Source: Rhodospirillales bacterium
Lineage (GTDB): Bacteria; Pseudomonadota; Alphaproteobacteria; CACIAM-22H2
Direction of reading: 5' to 3'
Length of the DNA: 64,000 nucleotides
Assembly (NCBI GenBank): GCA_016794025.1
Contig: JAEUKX010000069.1
Location: forward strand, 3,980 to 67,979
Each line of letters starts with the position of its first letter. Positions within the stretch are counted from its first letter, which is position 1. Positions 1 through 9,473 of the stretch are shown here, in pieces. The translations under genes and the position numbers were made by a program. The notes beneath the pieces were generated by a model that saw only the letters and a program-made list of their open reading frames with translations, did not search any database and had not been told where the DNA came from.

Positions 1-62
1 ATTTTTCGCGCCCTCCCTATTGACAGCAGCGTAGTTCGCGGTGAGTATTGCATCAATAGCAA

Positions 63-89
63 CGTATGTTGATATTATATCAACATACG
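63..89. promoter_or_regulatory. Perfect 13-1-13 palindrome CGTATGTTGATAT-T-ATATCAACATACG, probable repressor operator of the catabolic operon
   Basis: Read directly: 63-75 is the exact reverse complement of 77-89. It lies downstream of a TTGACA hexamer (20-25) and upstream of the GGGAGG RBS and ATG at 145. Confidence 0.75.
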
Positions 90-144
90 GTAGGAAACGG
101 AAATCATCCGGAGCCGCTATGAATAAGCAAAAGGGAGGAACCAA

Positions 145-1383
145 ATGAATCGCATGTCCCGGCGCACGGCTTTGGGGGCACTAGCCGGCGCATCGGCGGC
201 GCTGTCGCTTCCGCATGTCGCGCGCGCCAACACGCCGCTGAAGGGCTTGAGCCATCGCCAGCCGTCGCTCGAGTTCTACGCCAAGGCGATTTCCTCGGCC
301 GTGCCGGGCAGCCCGGTCGATATGACGCTGATCCCCGCCGACAAGGCGGTCGAGTTGCAGACGCTGACGCTGTCGCAAGGTTCGGATGCCTACGACATCC
401 TGTGGGTCAACGACACCCAGTTGATGAAATACGCCAAGAACGGCTGGCTGCAGCCGATCGACGATCTTTGGGCGCGCTATCGCGCCGAGTTCAAACTCGA
501 CGACTATCCCGCGTCGGTGCTCGACTCCTACCGGTACGACGGCAAGCTCTACGCCGTGCCGTCCTCGGTCAACGGCATGTTCTATTTCTATCGCCAGGAT
601 CTGTTCGACGCGAAGGGCTATAAGCCGCCGTCGACCTTCGACGAATGGCTGAAGATCGCTGAAGGCCTGCATTCGCCTGCGATGTCGGGCGCCGTCGTCA
701 ACATGAAGCGAATCGACGCGGCGCTGAACGAAGCGCATTACTACATGAACGCTTTCGGTGACGGCTGGTTCGGCGCGAAGTGGAAGCCGATCTTCAACAA
801 CGACAAAGGCGTGGCCGCGATCGAACGCCTGAAGTCGCTCACCAAGTTCGCGCAGCGCGCCTACGCTTCCAGCGCCAACGACGAAGCAATGATCGCCTTC
901 CAGCAGGGCTTGGGTGCTACGGGCCTGCAATGGTTCTCGCGCGCGGGCGCGATGGACGACGCGCAGAAGTCGCGCGTCGCCGGCAAGATTGCCTGGGCGG
1001 TGCCGCCGGGCGGCAAGCAGCGCATCGTGGTCGACGGCTTCGCGATCTCGAAATTCTCGAAGCAGGACCGTGATTTGCAGTTCCGCATCCTGGCGACGGC
1101 GATGAACGAACCGAACCAGCGCGCGATCGCGTCGGATTCGATCCCGTCGCGCGCATCGGTGCTGAACGACGCCGAATTGCACAAGAAGTTCCGCCATTAT
1201 CCGGCGGCGCTGTCGGCGATTCAGGCGGGTAAGGCCTATCCTGCCTTGCCCGAATTCGTCGAATGCGGGGACTTCATCACGTTGCGTATCCAGCAGGCGC
1301 TCGCGGGCGAGATGGGCGTGAAGCAAGCGCTCGACACCGCCGCGCGCGAAGTGTCTGAGCTGCTGGCCAAGCGCGGGTACTGA
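145..1383 (+). CDS. Carbohydrate ABC transporter substrate-binding protein with Tat signal peptide
   Basis: 412 aa. N-terminal SRRTALG twin-arginine motif plus hydrophobic stretch and ARA cleavage site; DGKLYAVP and FYRQDLF motifs of CUT1-type binding proteins; GGGAGG RBS; followed by two permeases. Confidence 0.9.
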   Translation: MNRMSRRTALGALAGASAALSLPHVARANTPLKGLSHRQPSLEFYAKAISSAVPGSPVDMTLIPADKAVELQTLTLSQGSDAYDILWVNDTQLMKYAKNGWLQPIDDLWARYRAEFKLDDYPASVLDSYRYDGKLYAVPSSVNGMFYFYRQDLFDAKGYKPPSTFDEWLKIAEGLHSPAMSGAVVNMKRIDAALNEAHYYMNAFGDGWFGAKWKPIFNNDKGVAAIERLKSLTKFAQRAYASSANDEAMIAFQQGLGATGLQWFSRAGAMDDAQKSRVAGKIAWAVPPGGKQRIVVDGFAISKFSKQDRDLQFRILATAMNEPNQRAIASDSIPSRASVLNDAELHKKFRHYPAALSAIQAGKAYPALPEFVECGDFITLRIQQALAGEMGVKQALDTAAREVSELLAKRGY

Positions 1384-1458
1384 ATTGCCGACCGTCTCCG
1401 GCCGGGGCCGCGCGTCCCGGCCGGATCTTCCGGAATACTCACGGTATATCTTCGCCGT

Positions 1459-2328
1459 ATGAACACACATCGCGGTCTCGTCTGGTTCCTGGCGCCGAGC
1501 CTGCTCGTGCTGCTGGCGATGCTCGTCTATCCGCTCGGCTACGCGCTGTATCTCAGCTTGTTCGATTTTTATCTGCCTTCCAATGCGCCCAAATTCATCG
1601 GCGTAGGCAACTACCTCGCCTTGCTGGGCGAGGCGCGATTCTGGAGCGCGGTCTACAACACCTTCGTCATCGTCATGGCGAGCGTGGCGCTGGAATTTTG
1701 CTTGGGCCTTGCGCTCGCCGTCGGTCTCTACAAGCTGCGTTTCGGCGCGCACGGGCTAATGGTCGTGCTGTTCGTGCCGCATATCATCACGCCGGTCGTC
1801 GCGGCGCTGTTTCTACGCTGGATCTTCGTCGGCCAATGGGGCTTGATCGACGCCACATTCTGGCCGCTCGGCATTTTCACGCCCGACTGGCTGGGGGATC
1901 CAATCTGGGCGAAAGTTACCGTCGTGCTGGCCGACGCGTGGAAGGCGACGCCCTTCATGATGCTGGTACTCTACGCGGGGCTTCAAAGCCTCGATCAGTC
2001 GCTGATCGAGGCCGCGACGGTGGATGGCGCCAATGGCCGCCAATTGCTGTTCCGCGTCGTGCTGCCGCTGATGCGGCCGATCATTCTTTTCGTCGTCTCG
2101 ATCCGGATCATGGATGCGTTCCGATTTTTCGACACGATCTACGTTCTGACCGGCGGCGGCCCCGGCACGGCGACCGAAACCCTGACACTCTACACCTACT
2201 CGGTCGGCTTCAGCCGGCTGGAAGTGGGCAAGGCCTCGGCGCTTGGTGTCGTCACCCTGCTGATCGTTCTGGGGTTGATCTCGGCCTTCGTGTCGTTCAT
2301 TTACCGTCGCGAGCGGGGGCGGTTCTGA
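1459..2328 (+). CDS. Carbohydrate ABC transporter permease (MalF-like)
   Basis: 289 aa, multiple TM helices, EAA loop (LIEAATVDGA), TGGGPGTATETL motif. Confidence 0.92.
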   Translation: MNTHRGLVWFLAPSLLVLLAMLVYPLGYALYLSLFDFYLPSNAPKFIGVGNYLALLGEARFWSAVYNTFVIVMASVALEFCLGLALAVGLYKLRFGAHGLMVVLFVPHIITPVVAALFLRWIFVGQWGLIDATFWPLGIFTPDWLGDPIWAKVTVVLADAWKATPFMMLVLYAGLQSLDQSLIEAATVDGANGRQLLFRVVLPLMRPIILFVVSIRIMDAFRFFDTIYVLTGGGPGTATETLTLYTYSVGFSRLEVGKASALGVVTLLIVLGLISAFVSFIYRRERGRF

Positions 2329-3143
2329 TGAAGACCCGGCAAGTTCTGCTGTTCCTCGCGCTGGCGGCGGCGACGTTCGTCAGCTTGATTCCCGTCCTAT
2401 GGGCCATTCTGACCTCGTTCAAACAGCCGGTCGACGCGTTCACGATTCCGCCGACATTGGTCTTCTCGCCGACGGCGGAGTTTCATTACCAGATTTGGTT
2501 CGAGAAAGGATTCTGGACCTTTCTCGTGAATTCAATGGTCATCGCGGTTTCGACCGTGTGCATCTCCGTTCCGATCGGCACGATGGCCGCCTATGCGCTT
2601 TCGCGCATCGAAACGCCGCAGACGCGCGCGCTGCTGATGGTCATCCTGGCGGTGCGGATGTTTCCGCATATGCTGCTGGCGCTGCCGTTCTTCGTGATGG
2701 CGAGCATGCTGAAGCTGTTCGACACCTACGCCATCATGATCATGGCGCTTGTGGCGATCAACCAGCCCTTCACGATCTGGCTGATGCGCAGCTTCCTGGT
2801 CGACGTGCCGCGCGAGCTGGACGAAGCCGCCTGCATCGACGGCTGCAACGTGTGGCAAACCTTCGTAAAAGTGATCGTGCCGGCGGTGCGGCCGGGCATC
2901 GTCGTCACGTCGTTGTTCAGCCTGCTGCTCGCCTATAACGAGTTTCTGTTCGCGCTGGTCCTGACCGGCGCCAAAACCAAGACGCTGCCCGTCGCGATCT
3001 CCGAATACGGCGGCGAGGACATCACTTATTGGTCGCTATCGGCCGCCGGCGCCGTCGGGATCATGCTGCCGATCTTGCTGTTCATGGTGTTCGTGCAGCG
3101 GCATCTGATCCGCGGCCTGACGATGGGGGCGGTGAAGGGATGA
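2328..3143 (+). CDS. Carbohydrate ABC transporter permease (MalG-like)
   Basis: C-terminal part of ORF 1698..3143. ATG at 2328 overlaps the upstream TGA. ELDEAACIDG EAA loop; ends RGLTMGAVKG. Confidence 0.92.
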   Translation: MKTRQVLLFLALAAATFVSLIPVLWAILTSFKQPVDAFTIPPTLVFSPTAEFHYQIWFEKGFWTFLVNSMVIAVSTVCISVPIGTMAAYALSRIETPQTRALLMVILAVRMFPHMLLALPFFVMASMLKLFDTYAIMIMALVAINQPFTIWLMRSFLVDVPRELDEAACIDGCNVWQTFVKVIVPAVRPGIVVTSLFSLLLAYNEFLFALVLTGAKTKTLPVAISEYGGEDITYWSLSAAGAVGIMLPILLFMVFVQRHLIRGLTMGAVKG

Positions 3144-4237
3144 GGACCGTGTCGCAACGCAAACTTCGCGTCGGCTTCGCCGGGTTGGGGCGGATATTTT
3201 CGCTCCATCTCGCGGGATACGTCAACTCGCCCGACGCCGAGATCGTCGCGCTGTTCGATCCGGATTTCGAGCGCTGCGCCATCGAGGCCGCGAAATTGCC
3301 CGGTGCCGTCGCATGTCGCGACTATGCGGCGTTGCTGGAGCAGAATCCCGATCTGATCGAGATCCTGTCGCCGCATCCGTATCACGCCGATCAGGCCGTC
3401 GCGGCATTCGCGCGCGGCGCGCATGTCTCGGTGCAGAAGCCGATGTCGATGACGCTCGCGGAGGCGGATCGCATGATCGCGGCGGCTGCGGCCGCCGGCT
3501 GCACGTTGCGCGTGTTCGAGAATTTCCGCTTCCTGCCGGCCCTGGTCAAGGCGAAGGAACTGCTCGACGCGGGCGCCATCGGCGCGCCGCTCCATTGCCG
3601 CTTGCGTACGTTGGCGGGCGATCCCGCGCGCGCTTGGGCGGTCGCCGGCGACACCTGGAAATGGCGCGCGCAGGTATTCGAGGATCATCAGCTCGGTCGG
3701 CTGAGCTTCGACGACGGCCATCACAAGATGGCGGCGGCGCTGTGGTTTTTCGGCCCCGTGCGCGACGTTTTCGCCTTCATCGACACGAAGACTACACCAT
3801 TCGGCGCGATCGACTCGCCTGCCTCGATCACGTGGCGCCATAGCGCCGGCGTGCACGTGATCTGGGATATCGTGCATGCGCCGGATATGCTCGTGCGTAC
3901 CGACTACTATTCGCTCGACGAATGCTTCCAGATAACCGGCGAGAACGGCGTGATCGAAGTGACGCGCGCGACCGGCCGGATGCTTGATACTCCCGTGCTG
4001 TCGCTTTATCGCGATGGTGAGGTCCGCGCGTTCCACAATATCGAAACGGATTGGGGCAAGAGCTTCGCCGCCGCGACGCGCGCGCTCGTTTCCGGTTTGC
4101 GCGACGGGCGCGATGACGTGCCGTTGACCGGTGCGCAAGGCCGCGACGTGCTCCAACTGGGGCTCGCCATCGCCCGATCGGCGGCGACCGGCCGCGCCGT
4201 GTCGTTGCCGCTTTCCGAATCGCCGAACAGCGCGTGA
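3140..4237 (+). CDS. Gfo/Idh/MocA family NAD(P)-dependent oxidoreductase
   Basis: ATGA overlap at 3140-3143. LRVGFAGLGRI Rossmann motif, HVSVQKPM (EKP-like) motif, DDGHH. Confidence 0.88.
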   Translation: MRTVSQRKLRVGFAGLGRIFSLHLAGYVNSPDAEIVALFDPDFERCAIEAAKLPGAVACRDYAALLEQNPDLIEILSPHPYHADQAVAAFARGAHVSVQKPMSMTLAEADRMIAAAAAAGCTLRVFENFRFLPALVKAKELLDAGAIGAPLHCRLRTLAGDPARAWAVAGDTWKWRAQVFEDHQLGRLSFDDGHHKMAAALWFFGPVRDVFAFIDTKTTPFGAIDSPASITWRHSAGVHVIWDIVHAPDMLVRTDYYSLDECFQITGENGVIEVTRATGRMLDTPVLSLYRDGEVRAFHNIETDWGKSFAAATRALVSGLRDGRDDVPLTGAQGRDVLQLGLAIARSAATGRAVSLPLSESPNSA

Positions 4238-6138
4238 CCACCATGCCTCAGGACGCCGCCGACCGACCTTCGCAAACGCCCTACGATCGCGCGCGTATCG
4301 TCGCGACGCTGGGCGGTCTCGATTCCGCGCTCGCGTCGGGCGCGCTCGATCCGGTGATCGAGGTGACGCTCGCCGAGGCGCTCGTGCTCGGTCTTCTGAA
4401 ACAGGGGGTGCGGAAATACTTCGCGATATTCGGGCATGGCAATACGGCGCTGGGCGAGATCCTGCGCCAATACGAGGAAGCGGGCGCCGTGCGCGTGCTG
4501 CAATTCCGCAACGAGATCGCAATGGCGCATGCCGCCACGCAACTGAGTTGGCAGTACGGTGAGATTCCGGCGGTCGCGACGTCGATCGGGCCGGGCGCAT
4601 TGCAGGCTTTTGCGGCCTCGCTTGCCGCCGCATCGAACGGCGTCGGCGTCTATCACCTTTACGGCGACGAGACGACGCACGGCGAAGGGCCCAATATGCA
4701 GCAGGTGCCGGGCCGGCGTCAGGGCAGCTACGGGGCGTTGACCGCGATGATGGGGGCGAACTACGTGCTCCACACGCCCGAAGCACTGCGCGACGCGTTG
4801 CGTTTGGGGGCGGCGACGGTGGGCCACCCCTATAAGGCGGCGCCGTTCTATCTGTTGCTGCCTATCAACACGCAACCCGCGACGGTCCGCGTCAATCTCG
4901 CGACATTGCCCGCGCGTGTAACGGCACCGCCCGTGGCACCGGTCGCGGACGATATCTACCGCGACGCGGTCGTGCGCATCGCGGCGGTAGATCGAATTGT
5001 GCTGAAAGCGGGCGGGGGAACACGGCGCCACGCGGTTGCGGTTCGCGCGCTCGCCGAACGGATCGGCGCGGCGGTCGTGCTGTCGCCGGGCAGCACGGGC
5101 GTATTGCCCGATGCGCATCCGCTGAATATGCATGTCGGCGGATCGAAAGGTTCGATCAGCGGAAATCACGCGATGGAAGCGGCGGAATTGCTTCTGGCGA
5201 TGGGTGTCCGCGCGGTCTGTCAATCTGATTGCTCGGGTATCGGCTATCCAAATGCGCACGCGGTCATCAACGTCAACGGTGACATCGACGACGTCTATCA
5301 TTACGCCAACACCTTGGCGCTGACCGGCGATATCGGCGCGATCGCCACGCGCCTTATCGCCGCCCTCGATGCGGCGGATTATGCGATCTCGCCGGGCAAG
5401 CGCGCTTGGCTCGACACTTGCGCCGACAAAAAGCGCGAATGGGCGGCGTTCCGGCAGGCGCGCATCGCTGCGATGCCGCCGGTTGATGCGACCTGGGCGT
5501 CGCGGGTGATGACCCAACCCCAGGCGATCGAGATCGCCGCCGAGTTTGCCAAATCGGTCGGTGCCGTAAAGCTGTTCGACGCGGGCGACGTGCAAGCCAA
5601 CGGTTTTCAAACCGTGCGCGACGACGCGCCGTTCGAAACTTTCACCGAATCCGGCGCGTCTTACATGGGTTACGCGGTCAGCGCGTTGCTGGCGGCCGGC
5701 GCTGCCGACAAGCCCGTCTACGCGATGGCGTTCACTGGCGACGGTTCGTTCACGATGAACCCGCAGGTGCTGATCGATGCGATCGAGCACCGCGTGCGCG
5801 GTATGATCGTGCTGTTCGACAATCGCCGTATGGCCGCGATCACCGGGTTGCAGCACGCGCAATACGGGCGCGAGTTCCGTACGAGCGACGGCGTGGCGGT
5901 GAACTATCTGCAATTCGCCTCGTCGGTCGAGGGCGTGCTGGCGGTCGATGGCGGCACGACGCCCGATCAGTTGCGCGCGGCCCTAGTCAAAGCCCATGCG
6001 CATTCGGCGTTGTCGCTGGTCCATGTGCGTGTCTATGGCGGCGCTGATCCGGTCGGCGGGTTGGGCGCACACGGCAAATGGAATGTCGGCAATTGGTGCG
6101 ACGACGTGCAGGCCCGGCATCTCGAACAATCGATCTGA
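4234..6138 (+). CDS. ThDP-dependent enzyme, divergent IolD-like (trihydroxycyclohexane-dione acylhydrolase family)
   Basis: 634 aa. FAIFGHGN, RNEIAMAHAA and TSIGPGA motifs resemble IolD; GDGSF...DN ThDP-binding motif; SGASYMGY resembles the IolD GYSCMGY motif. Confidence 0.7.
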   Translation: MTTMPQDAADRPSQTPYDRARIVATLGGLDSALASGALDPVIEVTLAEALVLGLLKQGVRKYFAIFGHGNTALGEILRQYEEAGAVRVLQFRNEIAMAHAATQLSWQYGEIPAVATSIGPGALQAFAASLAAASNGVGVYHLYGDETTHGEGPNMQQVPGRRQGSYGALTAMMGANYVLHTPEALRDALRLGAATVGHPYKAAPFYLLLPINTQPATVRVNLATLPARVTAPPVAPVADDIYRDAVVRIAAVDRIVLKAGGGTRRHAVAVRALAERIGAAVVLSPGSTGVLPDAHPLNMHVGGSKGSISGNHAMEAAELLLAMGVRAVCQSDCSGIGYPNAHAVINVNGDIDDVYHYANTLALTGDIGAIATRLIAALDAADYAISPGKRAWLDTCADKKREWAAFRQARIAAMPPVDATWASRVMTQPQAIEIAAEFAKSVGAVKLFDAGDVQANGFQTVRDDAPFETFTESGASYMGYAVSALLAAGAADKPVYAMAFTGDGSFTMNPQVLIDAIEHRVRGMIVLFDNRRMAAITGLQHAQYGREFRTSDGVAVNYLQFASSVEGVLAVDGGTTPDQLRAALVKAHAHSALSLVHVRVYGGADPVGGLGAHGKWNVGNWCDDVQARHLEQSI

Positions 6139-6150
6139 CGGAGTGATTCG

Positions 6151-7590
6151 ATGCGCCCCGAATATGCGCTGCTGATCGACAATCGCTTCGTCGCGGCGGC
6201 GGACGGCGCCACGATACCCATGATCTCTCCGGCGACGGAGGAAGTCGTCGCGCATATTCCCCAGGCCGGGCCAGCCGATTGGAACGCGGCACTGGCGGCG
6301 GCGTCGCGCGGCCTCGCCGCGTGGCGCGCGGTTCCGGCATGGGACCGCGCGCGGGTTCTGCACAAGGCGGCAGCGTCGATCCGAGACCGCGCCGACGCTA
6401 CCGCCGCGACGATCGCGCATGAGACCGGCAAGCCGCTAGCCGAAGGCAAGGGCGAAATCCTCGCCGCAGCCGATCAATTCGAATGGCATGCGGAAGAGGC
6501 GCGCCGCGTTTACGGCACGACGCTGCCGCCGCGCGCCGCCGATCAATTCCAGTTCGTGTCGTTCGAGCCCGTCGGCGCGGTACTGGCGCTGACGGCGTGG
6601 AATTTTCCGGCCTTGCTGCCGGCGCGCAAAATCGCCGCAGCGCTGGCGGCGGGATGTTCGGTGATCTGCCGGCCGGCTTCCGAGGCGCCGGGGGCCTGCC
6701 TCGCTTTGGCAGCGGCGCTGGTCGAGGCTGGCGTGCCGCCGGGAACAGTTGGCGTACTGACTGGCGATCCCGAACCGATGGTGCCTGCGCTGATCGCCGC
6801 TCCCGAGATTCGCAAGGTTTCGTTCACCGGTTCGGTACCGGTCGGCAAACGTATCCTGGCGCTCTGCGCCGCGGGCGTGAAGAAGGCGTCGATGGAATTG
6901 GGCGGACACGCGCCGGTGATCGTGCGTGAAGACGCCGATCCGGTTTTCGCGGCACGGATGGCGGCGGCGGCGAAGTTCCGCAATTGCGGACAGGTCTGCA
7001 TTTCGCCCAGTCGCTTCTACGTCCATGAATCGATCCGTCCTGCTTTCGCCGCGGCATTCGCCGACTACGCGACGAATCTGCGCGTGGGCGATGGCCGTGA
7101 TCCCGACAGTCAGATCGGGCCGTTGATCCGCGCGCGCGCACTCGAACACGCCCAAGTCCTGGTCAACGATGCGCTGGCGCGTGGTGCGAAGCTGTTGGCG
7201 GGCGGCGGGCGCGCCGCAGGGCGCAACAAGGGTCATTTCTTCGCGCCGACCGTGCTTGATGGCGTGGACGATTCGGCACGGATCATGCGCGAAGAGCCTT
7301 TTGCGCCCGTGGCGCCGATCGCGGGATTCGTCGACGAGGCGGAGGCTATCGCGCGCGCTAACGCCTTGCCGTTCGGCCTTGCGGCTTATGTGTTCGGGAA
7401 GGACGGCGATGCGGCGCGACGCACGGCCGCGCGCCTCGATTCCGGCATGATCGGGATCAACGAAGTCCTGCTTGCGAGTGCCGAGATGCCGTTCGGCGGC
7501 ATGAAGGAAAGCGGCTTTGGACGCGAAGGCGGCACGCTGGGCATCCGCGAGTATCTCGAGCCAAAATTCGTGCGTCAGAAATTGGTTTGA
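6151..7590 (+). CDS. NAD(P)-dependent aldehyde dehydrogenase (succinate-semialdehyde dehydrogenase-like)
   Basis: 479 aa with WNFP, SFTGS, MELGG, NCGQVC (catalytic Cys), EEPFAPV and PFGGMKESG motifs. Confidence 0.92.
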   Translation: MRPEYALLIDNRFVAAADGATIPMISPATEEVVAHIPQAGPADWNAALAAASRGLAAWRAVPAWDRARVLHKAAASIRDRADATAATIAHETGKPLAEGKGEILAAADQFEWHAEEARRVYGTTLPPRAADQFQFVSFEPVGAVLALTAWNFPALLPARKIAAALAAGCSVICRPASEAPGACLALAAALVEAGVPPGTVGVLTGDPEPMVPALIAAPEIRKVSFTGSVPVGKRILALCAAGVKKASMELGGHAPVIVREDADPVFAARMAAAAKFRNCGQVCISPSRFYVHESIRPAFAAAFADYATNLRVGDGRDPDSQIGPLIRARALEHAQVLVNDALARGAKLLAGGGRAAGRNKGHFFAPTVLDGVDDSARIMREEPFAPVAPIAGFVDEAEAIARANALPFGLAAYVFGKDGDAARRTAARLDSGMIGINEVLLASAEMPFGGMKESGFGREGGTLGIREYLEPKFVRQKLV

Positions 7591-7594
7591 GGGC

Positions 7595-9292
7595 ATGACG
7601 AACAAGACGAAGACCGGCATCGCCGGCGGCCTCACGAACTACGGTGACCCGGAATTCGCGGCGTATCTGCGCCGATCCTTCGCGCGTTCGATGGGCTATT
7701 CCAGCGAAGCGCTGGCGCGCCCGATCGTGGGCATCGCCAACACCTATAGCGGCTTCAACAACTGTCATCGCCATTTCCCGGAATTGGTCGAGGCGACCAA
7801 GCGGGGCGTGTTGATGGCGGGCGGCCTGCCGGTCGAGTTTCCGACGACCTCGCTGGGCGAAGTATTCCTCAACCCAACCAGCCTCAAATTCCGCAATTTG
7901 ATGGCGATGGATACGGAGGAGATGATCCGTGCCCAGCCCATCGACGCGGTCGTGCTGCTCGGCGGCTGCGACAAGACCGTCCCGGCGCAACTGATGGCGG
8001 CGGTCTCGGCGAACGTGCCCGCGGTGCAAGTCGTCGCGGGACCGATGTCGACCGGCCGCCACAAGGGCGAGCGCCTGGGCGCTTGCACCGATTGCCGCCG
8101 CTTCTGGGCGCGTTATCGCGCGGGCGATGTCGATGCGGCGGAGATCGACGTCGTCGAGGGACGCCTCGCCACCACGGTGGGAACCTGCGCCGTGATGGGC
8201 ACGGCATCGACGATGGCGTGTATCACCGAAACGCTGGGCATGTCGCTGCCGAACTCGGCGGCGATCCCTGCGGTGCATGCCGACCGACTGCGCAATGCGG
8301 AGGAAAGCGGCAAGCGCGCGGTCGAGCTGATCGGCACGCAGACGCTACGTCCGCGCGATATCGTCACCGAGAAATCGATCGAGAACGCGTGGCGCGTGTT
8401 GCTGGCGATCTCCGGTTCGACCAATGCGGTGATCCATCTGACGGCGATCGCGCGGCGCGCGGGCGTGAATGTCGATCTCAACCGGCTTAACCAGCTTTCC
8501 GACGAAACGCCGGTGCTGGTGAACCTCAAGCCCGTCGGCGACAATTACATGGAGGATTTCCACGCGGGCGGCGGCGTGCCGGCCGTGCTGAAGGAAATCC
8601 GCGACCTGCTGCATCTCGATGTGCCGACCGTTTCGGGAAAGACGCTGCGCGAGTTGATCGACGTGCCGATGGCCGATCAGGTCAACCGGACGATCGTGCG
8701 CCCGCGCGCCGAGCCGGTTGATCCCGATGGGGGCTTGGTTGCGGTGTTCGGCACGCTGGCCCCGCGCGGTGCCATCGTCAAGCGTGCGGCGGCCGATAAG
8801 AAATTGCTGGAGCACGAAGGGCGCGCCGTCGTGTTCGCGTCGCTCGAGGATCTGTCGGCGCGCATCGACGATCCCGATCTTGACGTCACCGCCGACGATA
8901 TTCTGGTGTTGCAGAACGCGGGGCCCCGCAGTGCGGCCGCGATGCCGGAAGCGGGGTATTTGCCGATCCCGCGCAAACTCGCTAAGATGGGTGTGAAAGA
9001 CATGGTGCGCATCTCGGATGCGCGCATGTCGGGCACGGCCTATGGCGCCATCGTGTTGCACGTGGCGCCGGAGGCGGCCGTGGGCGGCCCGCTGGCGCTG
9101 GTGAGGAACGGCGATCGAATTCGCTTAAGCGTCGCGCAGCGCAAGCTCGATCTCTTGGTCGACGGAGTCGAGCTCGAAAGGCGCCGCAAGGCATTACCCG
9201 CACCCGCGAAGATCGAGCGACGCGGCTACGACAAGCTCTACGACGCCCATGTCCTCCAAGCCGACGAAGGTGTGGATTTCGATATTTTTTGA
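7595..9292 (+). CDS. IlvD/Edd family dehydratase (sugar-acid/dihydroxy-acid dehydratase)
   Basis: GCDKT, GTCAVMGTASTM, GSTNAVIHL and RISDARMSGT motifs. Start taken at ATG 7595 (MTNKTKTG), in frame with ORF 7517..9292. Confidence 0.9.
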   Translation: MTNKTKTGIAGGLTNYGDPEFAAYLRRSFARSMGYSSEALARPIVGIANTYSGFNNCHRHFPELVEATKRGVLMAGGLPVEFPTTSLGEVFLNPTSLKFRNLMAMDTEEMIRAQPIDAVVLLGGCDKTVPAQLMAAVSANVPAVQVVAGPMSTGRHKGERLGACTDCRRFWARYRAGDVDAAEIDVVEGRLATTVGTCAVMGTASTMACITETLGMSLPNSAAIPAVHADRLRNAEESGKRAVELIGTQTLRPRDIVTEKSIENAWRVLLAISGSTNAVIHLTAIARRAGVNVDLNRLNQLSDETPVLVNLKPVGDNYMEDFHAGGGVPAVLKEIRDLLHLDVPTVSGKTLRELIDVPMADQVNRTIVRPRAEPVDPDGGLVAVFGTLAPRGAIVKRAAADKKLLEHEGRAVVFASLEDLSARIDDPDLDVTADDILVLQNAGPRSAAAMPEAGYLPIPRKLAKMGVKDMVRISDARMSGTAYGAIVLHVAPEAAVGGPLALVRNGDRIRLSVAQRKLDLLVDGVELERRRKALPAPAKIERRGYDKLYDAHVLQADEGVDFDIF

Positions 9293-9385
9293 TCGAGGGT
9301 TGCAGAGGTACATTTTCCGCAAGAGGCCTCAAAATGCCCCGGTATTGCGGAAAATTGAGTTGATATGATTCTATTAAATACGGTC

Positions 9386-9426
9386 GGGGGACTGGGGGCG
9401 TGAGTTCGAAACTCGCCGCTCTGACA
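9386..9426 (+). other. Degenerate tRNA-Pro 3'-half fragment (att-like scar)
   Basis: GTGAG-TTCGAAA-CTCGC forms a T-arm, followed by CGCTCTGACA, which resembles the tRNA-Pro acceptor end CGCTCCGACCA. No D-arm or 5' acceptor strand is present. Confidence 0.55.
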
Positions 9427-9473
9427 AAATACCTTTGGCCTGAGCCCCTGAACTCACCCGGTTGAGGGTAGAG

